Shown piece after piece: positions 54,631-64,000 of a DNA stretch of 64,000 bases. Origin of the DNA: Eledone cirrhosa (lineage: Eukaryota). The notes under the pieces are model-generated. The model had not been told where the DNA came from and searched no databases. It was given only the letters and a program-made list of their open reading frames with translations. Where the stretch lies: positions 53,878,001-53,942,000 of the forward strand of contig OZ024741.1 of NCBI GenBank assembly GCA_964016885.1, read 5' to 3'. Position 1 is the stretch's first letter. Each line of letters starts with the position of its first letter. Position numbers and translations under genes: made by a program.

Positions 54631-54741
54631 CATGTATGTATGTAAACATATATACATATATATACACACATCTACGGTATCGGTCTTCGCTTAATACAGG
54701 AGTGCTACGGAAAGATCTGTCTCACAAACGTCTACCACATA

Positions 54742-55270
54742 TGTTCATTGTTTAGGAATATCTGGAGATGCCGTAGCCTCAGCGCATGACAGAACATCAG
54801 CAGCCAGAGTATACTCCGCTCTCCGCGGGTGCTGACAACAGATGGACTGCCTCACCAAGAAGTTGAAGAGAAGGCATTCCAATTTGGCAAGGTTTGAACG
54901 AGAACAAGGCATGATTGACAGGTGGTAATTTATGCGTTCGCCGTCTCTGCCCGACCATTCGGGGTTAGTTTCCACTCGGCAAATTTCTGGGAGATAGCGG
55001 TCATTCTCCTCATTAATTTGTCCCAGTACTTATTCACCTAGAAGTCTGGTCCATCGATCCGTCCATCCAGCCTCTGACGATGTCGTTGACTGGTATGGAT
55101 TTGCTTCTCCAGGTGCCGTGCTACAAACCCTCCCGTCAGCTTTCTTATTCCTCTAAGAAGTTGTCGACCACCTTCCGTCTTCTTAAGAATAAACACCCAC
55201 ATGTGGTCAGTTACCTCATACAAATGACAACGATTTTTTGTACCCTAAATGACGACGTTTAGACTCACAC
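54742..55270 (-). pseudogene. L1/Tx1-type LINE ORF2 fragment (RT C-terminus)
   Basis: INYHLSIMPCSRSNLAKLECLLFNFLVRQSICCQHP; homologous to 36593-36826. Confidence 0.65.
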
Positions 55271-55568
55271 AATCCGGTACTTGAATAATGTCGAGGATGA
55301 CTTCTCTCTTATCTGGCTTGATATATAGTAGAAATGTTAAACATATCTGCGATCAGTGCGCCATCAGGGTGCACCTGACTCCTAAGTGTGTGACCCTAAA
55401 TTCTGGCCTCATACAGGCCAGAATCCACCAGATGTCCATTTCATGTCCATTTCATCAACGTTTAGTGTATTCACATATACAAGCAAGCGGACTCACAAGT
55501 TAAAAAAAAAATATTAATATGACCATATTCTTAGCAGTATCTGACTGATAAAATGACAAGTCAGTCAA

Positions 55569-55903
55569 TCATATCGGTGGCCTCCCCACAGCCCCGGCGG
55601 ACAGAATGGCGAAGGCGTTTCTCCGGAGGATGGTAAGAGAGATGCGCTGGAAGAGCCATTCCAACTCGGGAGGCTCACACCTGCGGCTGGCCAGCTCAGC
55701 GCGAATGGTGGTCAATAGGGAAGTAGCCCTAGGCCCAAGAACACCAGAAGTCTCCCCTGTCAAGGGCACGACCGCGAACCGGTCGGAAAGCGACCGGTAC
55801 TTGGAGAGTTTGGCCTTCTCAGTCTGACGTGCAGCAGTACATGGGTTAGTTGCAGATTGCACCAGGTTGTGGCAGGAGAAAGTGTCGCTGCAAGTGGCAT
55901 CCC
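55569..55903 (-). pseudogene. CRE-type non-LTR element, C-terminal restriction-like endonuclease fragment
   Basis: DATCSDTFS...AARQTEKAKLSKY..L..RFAVVPLTGETSGVLG...LFQRISLTILRRNA is typical of CRE-clade C-termini. Confidence 0.8.
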
Positions 55904-56169
55904 CGTCAATATATTAAACATTTACCGTTCAATTCAAATCAAAGACCACCGCAATGAATTGCAAGCTAACATCCCAACATCACTTTATCATATTTTTTTA
56001 CATTTACCGTCCAATTACTCCATTAGGGGCTAAGGGAAAACAACCAACCCCTTCGGAAATTTTTCAGGTAAGCCACAAAAATAAACACAAATTCCAGAGA
56101 AATTCTTTTCAAAAAACAAGTGAAACTTACTGAGCGTAAAGAGTGTGGCGTAGAGTCCAGAAACTACAA

Positions 56170-56239
56170 CAACAACAACTACAACAACAACGACGACGAC
56201 AACAAATACAACAACAACAACAACAGCAACAACAGCAGC

Positions 56240-56289
<50 letters not shown>

Positions 56290-56300
56290 TAATAATAATA
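56170..56300. repeat. (CAA)n(TAA)n microsatellite
   Basis: Directly visible. Confidence 0.9.
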
Positions 56301-56625
56301 ACGTTTTCTTTATTAACCACAAGGGTTTACATAAAGTAGACATTAAGGACAGTGCAGGACAATACAGGACGGTACAAATGGGCATTTCTGCGTGTAAAAA
56401 AAACAGAGGATGTAATAAAATAACAAAGAAAGATTCCCCAATAGGGGGGAGACTTCCGAGGGACATTTGTGGAGAAAGCCCATTAAAAGACCACAGTGAC
56501 CCTGACCACCAGGGCAAGTGCCCTCTCCCAGTTTTCCACCTTTAATTTACAGACACATACTCAGAGTAGGCCCATTCACTCGGGCCATACTTGCTTCTGT
56601 CACCCATCTTTCAACAAAATGCTGC
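56290..56625 (-). mobile_element. L1/Tx1-type LINE 3' end (ORF2 tail + 3' UTR + (TTA)n)
   Basis: FVERWVTEASMARVNGPTLSMCL* matches 62845-62920 (ARMACLNGPTL); the 3' UTR shares tattggggaat and aataa..ttattatt with 63016-63160. Confidence 0.65.
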
Positions 56626-56688
56626 AATAATAATAATAATAATAATAATAATATGTCAGATAGACACTCGGCATATATCTCAGAAACA

Positions 56689-57050
56689 ATAATTGTTTCT
56701 ACTTTAGGCACAAGGCCAGCAATTACCCAGTGCATTACTGGTGCTTTATTTTATCGACCCCGTAAGGATGAAAGGCAAAGTAAACTTCGGCGGGATTTGA
56801 ACTCAGATCGTAAAGGGACGTAACTATGCTGGAAAGCATGGCGTCCGACCCTCCACCGATACTGCCAATCCACCGCCCTTAAATAATTGTCTCTACTTTA
56901 GGCACAAGGCCAGCAATTACCCAGTGCATTACTGGTACTTTATTTTATCGACCCCGTAAGGATGAAAGGCAAAGTCAACCTCGGCGGGATTTGAACTCAG
57001 ATCGTAAAGGGACATAACTATGCTGGAAAGCATGGCGTCCGACCCTCCAC
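56689..57050 (-). mobile_element. SINE family 1 dimer (56689-56878, 56883-57050) within one TSD
   Basis: cagaaacaataat at 56681-56693 and 57050-57062 flanks both copies. Confidence 0.9.
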
Positions 57051-57070
57051 AGAAACAATAATGAAAGAAA

Positions 57071-57121
<51 letters not shown>

Positions 57122-57338
57122 TACCGACTCCCCTATATTCAGAAATCAATACTTTTTGTTCGGTAGATCTAACAATGATAAATCTAAAAGCCAGATGTAA
57201 ATTATCGATAGCCACAAATCATAGCAGACACTGCAATTGGCCAGCGGCTGTTAGTATCGATAATAGTGTGAGTGATTGACTTTTCACATGCACATAATTA
57301 TTTAACATTATATCCTGTGGATTGAAGAAAGAATCGTA

Positions 57339-57462
57339 GGGGGTGAAATGGCTGACTCTTTAGAGTGAGCGACAATACCTTGCGGGATTTGTACCGACAC
57401 CATCAGTTCAAATCCCGCTGAGGTCAACCTTGCCTTTCAACTGTTCGACCTCGATCAAATAA
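57339..57462 (+). mobile_element. Old diverged SINE family 1 relative
   Basis: agttcaaatcccgctgaggtcaaccttgcctttca..tcgatcaaataaa. Confidence 0.65.
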
Positions 57463-58502
57463 AATCTGACGATGAATTAATGGAAAATATTAGAGACATT
57501 TCGGTTTTGTTACTGCCCCTTCTTTTCTTTTTGAAGAGCTAAACCGAGCCGTTGATTTTGCACTGATTGATAGCAGCTAAAACAAAATGTCTTGCGTTAT
57601 TTGTTCTTTACCTTCTGGTCTCAAATTCAGTTGAGGTCTACATTGTTGACAGACACAAATTCACTTATTGTATCACGCGATTTAACACCTCCCATCTACT
57701 AATTTTCGGATGTCTTTAGTAGAATCGGTCCATCGTAAGCATTCAGGTCAGACATCTGGTTTGGAAAATCCTACATTCTCCTTTCCACATGACTCGAAAT
57801 CTGTCCCACCCTTTCTAAATAATAAAAGAAAACATCTGAATTAGTCTCTAAGCAGTCGAAACTAAATTGATATAGCAACCAAGTCTCCCTAAAATTTCAT
57901 ACTAAAGACTTATAATAGAAACTCTCAGAAAATGCTTGAAGCATTGTGTAAAATGTAGAAAATAGTGTTTTGTTCGAAATCTACGACAATAGGTATTGGA
58001 GAGTAGATGTTAAAAATATGATGATAGCAATTATATTTTGATGTTACTTTACAGTTATTTATATAACATAGAAAACTGCAAAGTACCAACGTCATTGTTA
58101 TCGTTCAATATTTTAAAAATTTACTGTTCAATTCAAATTAAAGTCCACCGCAATGAATTGCAAGGTAACATCTCAATATCACTGTTACATTATTTTTAAC
58201 ATTTACTGTCCAATTATTATTTTTGGTAGCTTTCAAAGAAAGCACTAACATCTATAGACATTGGATAAGATATTTCTAACAAAAGTATGTCTGAAATAGA
58301 AAGGACAGAATGAACTTAGTTGAAATATAATATAGCAGGCTCTTAGCTAAACAATGACACATACCTGGAAGCTGTCTTTATTTGGTGAAGCTGATAATAA
58401 TGGCAAATATAGCCGGAACAGCAAGCACAACTGCTTTACTTAGTTTCCTACTGGAAAGCGCTGAGTTTCTTTTTATTATTTATTTGTGTGTGTGTGAGTG
58501 AC

Positions 58503-58625
<123 letters not shown>

Positions 58626-59249
58626 TATGTATGACTTATCCATGCATATCTCTTTGCTGCAGTTTTAAAACTTGTATGTCAGAAATAAGAATAGCATGAT
58701 AAAAGGATCCTGGCCGAACAATGATATCAATAAGGAGTTTGTCCTGGGGTTGGACAAGAAGGTGAATAACGACGAAGGATGAAATAAAATGATATAATAA
58801 CAAACACATTGTGTGTAAGGACTAAATAGTCAGGGTTAGAATACATAGATCAGGCATCTGCTTATTTAAAATTGAAATAATACTAAACCAAAAATACAAA
58901 GAACATTTTAGACCAACTCAAATATGTTGAAATAACGTGTAATGAATTACTTGAGGTTTGATGATATTAAATTTATAGGGACTGGATCTCGAATAGGGTA
59001 TTATCAATTCGAATTAAAACGTAATGCCAATTTTGCTATACCCTTTAGAAATATTTGAGGTCACGTGTAACAGGATATTAGATCTACTTACTCTTGATGA
59101 ATGATGCTGCCCGCCCTTGCATGAAACGACAAAATATATCAATCCATACATACACATATATATGTGTGCTTGTGCACAGATAGAAAGACAGATGCAGCCA
59201 GCTGACACACACACACACACACACACACATGTATATATGTATATATATG

Positions 59250-59323
<74 letters not shown>

Positions 59324-59862
59324 GAGGGAAAAGGCGAGTCAGAAAGACAGATAAACATACAGACATACATGCACACATACATGAATACACATACACATAC
59401 AAATATAGATACATACGCGCACACATTCCTACAAACAAACATAAATACATACACACATACATATGAACATTCACACATACATACACGCACACATACATAC
59501 ATACATACATACATACATACATACATACATACATACATACATACATACATACATACATGCATGCATACATTCCTTCATTTAATAATACATGCATATATTT
59601 AATGATACATGCATGCAATTTGAATTTTGATGGCAAGTGGTGCCATCTAGCTTTAGCAGTGAGATAATGTGTTGCATTAAGATTCCAACGAAGACGTAGA
59701 AACGGTATTAGTATGTTATGCATATATGCAACTGTCCTCCATTTTGTCAATGCGAATTTCTTTTTATTAATTCCAGTCTGCGAAATGCAGATCACAGATC
59801 GATCATTGCCATGCTAATAATGGACAACTTACGTTTGCTAGAAACATTATGATAACACACAT

Positions 59863-59945
<83 letters not shown>

Positions 59946-60117
59946 AGCATATACACATATATATACAAATATATACACATGCATACACATATATATAATA
60001 TATATATATATACATTAATACACATGCATTGAAATATACAGGCACATATACACACATACACAGCATTACACAATCATTAAAACATATTCTAACTTGTGGC
60101 ACCTGTGTGTGTGTATT

Positions 60118-60185
<68 letters not shown>

Positions 60186-60607
60186 CGTGTGTATATATAT
60201 ATAAGGTGAGGTATAGACATATATTATTTATAAAATAAATATAATATACATGCGTATGTGTTGATGTAATTGTGTGTTTGTGTATGTATTTATGTGTGCG
60301 TTTATGAATATGTACACGTGTTTGTATGTACACACGTTTGCGTGTACATATCTGTAGACCAATGCAAGATCAACAAACATTCATTGAGATCAAATAGAGG
60401 ACCAGTGGAAGAATCTAGAAAATATAGTTAGAAATATTAAGAAATAAAAATGAAGCAAATCTCATATTCACCCTCTCGTCCTATTAATTTAACTGTCTCT
60501 TTATATGTCCATATGTGTAGGCGTTGATATTCACATGCATAAACCTTTACATGCACACACATACACACCCATACACACACTCACATATATATATTATATA
60601 TAACTTT

Positions 60608-61477
<870 letters not shown>

Positions 61478-61534
61478 TCAAACAGACAGACAGAGAGACA
61501 CACATATATATATATATATATGGATGGGTGTATG

Positions 61535-61582
<48 letters not shown>

Positions 61583-62049
61583 CGCACAACCACCATCTTA
61601 GTCGCACGCTGGGATTGTGTGGGAGAGAAGCAAACGCATCACATACCTTATCAAACAATTGCAACTCTGTACAGACTAAATTTCGGGAGTGCGCCAGTTG
61701 GACGTGGACGACTGCACAGGGTCAGCTAAATCGTATATAGATAGGTTTTTACGTTAGGTTGACAGATAAAGATAGTATAAGTCGTCCACATTTCTGAACG
61801 GTCGTCTATTCATATGACAAATTTGTGATCTGCATGGTCAACCGAGATAGAGCATGTAGGCTACGCCACGGTTACTGGAAACTCAACACGTTATTCCTAA
61901 TGCGTAAAGCTTACAGGGACCGAGTCAGCACTTTAGTTAATTGTAAGTTGACAGAAGGGTCGTCAACATCAGGTAGTGGCGTGCTCTCATGTAAGAGATG
62001 AGAGTAGTTTCAATAGATTTAGTAAAGAAGTGGCGATAGAAATAATAGA

Positions 62050-63160
62050 AAGGTGGTGGGGCTGGAGCTGGAATTGGTGCTGATCTATTCCAGGCTGATG
62101 TGTGCGGCCTATCGCCAGCACTTTGCTGGACTCTTTGGGAGGAGCAAGAGGCTACACCATCTTCAGGTATTCTTAAACAGTGAACAGGTGTGGTCGCCTT
62201 ATGTGAGATACTTCCTTCCGCAGTTAGTCACTTTGAATGAGCTGCAGTCATGGGTGAAGATGAGACGGAGACCGAGCGCCTGGCAACTGGAATGTTGCCA
62301 GGCGCTCACTACTCTCTGCCAAGCGGGTAATGCAGTCAGTGGAAATTCCACTCTATAGATGATTAGTGGTGGGCAAGCGCGACGACGCTCTCGGAGTCTC
62401 TGAGCGTCTACGAAATTGAATTGTCCTGTCTGTTCTGGCGGACTTTCGTGCTGGAATCTACGGATGACATCCAGAAATCCTTCGGTTCGAGACAAACACT
62501 AGAGACACGGAAGTGCAGTCTGACAGACCTGACATAGAAGTGTGCAGAGCGACGAAACTGTCCTGCATGCACTCGTCCAGTGTCTGTGCATTACTGACTT
62601 GTAGAATTATGCCGAACAACTGTTATCGCGTGTGGCATGGATCCGGCTATGGAGTGAGCCCATCGTTAAGATCACTCCGTTTCCTTCTTTTGACAGGTGG
62701 CTGTTGCGAAAGAGGGTGTGTTGTGGACAAATAACAGACACTTTTCTCTTGGGCCAATCCCTCATCAACTCTGTCAAGTTCACACTTGGAAAGAAAAGTG
62801 AGGGTGGAGAAGGAAGTGCTAACCCCACCACCACCACCACCAGTACATTTGCTAAATGTGAGTGAATGTGGCGAGGATGGCCTGCCTGAATGGGCCTACT
62901 CTGACCATGCACCGATCTAGAAAAGAGAGGGCGCCTTCCTCGGGGTCGCTCGGCGCGTCGGGTGGTTCAGGATTGGTGGGTTTCTGAGGCCCCCTGTGCG
63001 ATATCCCCTCCTCCATATTGGGGAATTCTGTTGTTTCTATTGTATTGTTTATTTTTTTGTTACATTTTATTACTCGGATTTATTGAAACCCCACTGTCCC
63101 CGTTTTTCTATTGTCTTCTATGTTCGGCCCTTTTGACCAATAATAACAAACATTATTATT
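62050..63160 (+). mobile_element. L1/Tx1-type LINE 3' portion (decayed ORF2 with zinc-knuckle remnant and 3' UTR)
   Basis: EQVWSPYVRYFLPQLV..GNAVSGNSTL; VQSDETVLHALVQC (ET..H....C knuckle); NGPTL end; (TTA)n tail. Confidence 0.7.
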
Positions 63161-63543
63161 GGCAGTATCGATAGAGCATCGGACGCCATGCTTTGCAACA
63201 TAGAGTTATGACCCTTTATGGTCTGAGTTCAAATCCCGCCGAGGTTAGCTTTGCCTTTCATCCTTACGGGGTCGATAAAATAAAGCACCAGTAATCCTGT
63301 GAGGTCGAGTTAATCGACTTTCCCTTCTAACCAAACTGCTGGCCTTGTGTCTATAGTAGAATGGGCAGTATCGGTAGAGGGTCTGACATGCTTTCCAGCA
63401 TAGTTACGTCCCTTTACGATCTGATTTCAATTCCCGCCGACGTTAACTTTGCCTTTCATCCTTACGGGGTCGATAAAATAAAGTACCAGTAATGTACTGA
63501 GTAATTGCTGACCTTGTCCCAAAAAGTAGAAACAATTATTATT
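63159..63543 (+). mobile_element. Two head-to-tail SINE family 1 copies (63159-63361, 63364-63543) in the LINE (TTA)n tail
   Basis: Both match consensus. Confidence 0.88.
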
Positions 63544-63757
63544 CTTTAATATACTCTCCAGAACATCTTATTCTCCTTTGTATCGAGTTCGTATTACTGT
63601 ATACTTCATTCAGTAATTCAACTACGGCAATATTGAAACTATTTATGTTAAATTATTTTTATTCAATTTTCGCTCAATGCCTCGAAATTCTATAGCTCAG
63701 TGAACTACATGAATTAATTAAAGAATGATAGATTTCAATCATTTCAATTTTGCTTCA

Positions 63758-63813
<56 letters not shown>

Positions 63814-63831
63814 ACATACATACATATACAC

Positions 63832-63891
<60 letters not shown>

Positions 63892-64000
63892 ACATATATA
63901 TATAGGGTGTCATAAAATTTTTTTATATAAACACTTCAACACCATTCTAATAAATATTGCCTGTACATGTAATCAAATTTTGTATACATTTTTGGGGAAA

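Noticed and set aside
57460-57500. CTGACGA...GAAA as a hammerhead (also CTGATGA at 10275 and 23718)
   Set aside because: No convincing stem I, II or III.
58365-58462. Minus-strand segment ending in a consensus donor CAG|GTATGT beside a (GA)n tract
   Set aside because: Stops in all three frames; it could only be a non-coding exon and has no further support.
63903-64000. tagggtgtc start resembling a Tc1/mariner TIR
   Set aside because: The partner end lies outside the window, so it cannot be verified.

Overview
Repeat-saturated, AT-rich animal genomic DNA with no host protein-coding exon that I can support. The SINE and LINE families and the extreme (TA)n/(CA)n/(GA)n load resemble coleoid cephalopod (octopus-type) genomes; that assignment is inference. 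Nearly all entries in the ORF track are microsatellite artefacts. Real content: (i) many Penelope-like element (PLE) remnants, including a 2.5-kb RT+GIY-YIG copy with inverted pseudo-LTRs, and at least 8 type I hammerhead ribozyme (HHR) motifs in short elements sitting in (TA)n tracts; (ii) RTE-type, L1/Tx1-type, CRE-type and R4/Dong-type LINE fragments, one RTE copy with a twin-priming-type 5' inversion; (iii) about 19 copies of a tRNA-derived SINE plus two other SINE-like families; (iv) an internally deleted mariner and two non-autonomous Helitrons. Two observations stand out. First, two diverged, fully covarying hammerhead cores whose three strands lie in a NON-circularly permuted order (53042-53107 and 61203-61274), one inside a 633-nt terminally redundant non-coding unit. 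Second, an unassigned conserved RNA structure present in four diverged (TA)n-inserted elements (about 7.0, 31.0, 45.9 and 53.3 kb), one of them a 612-nt terminally redundant unit. Together they suggest a family of small retrozyme-like, microsatellite-targeted RNA elements. All structures were paired by eye; none is experimentally or computationally verified.
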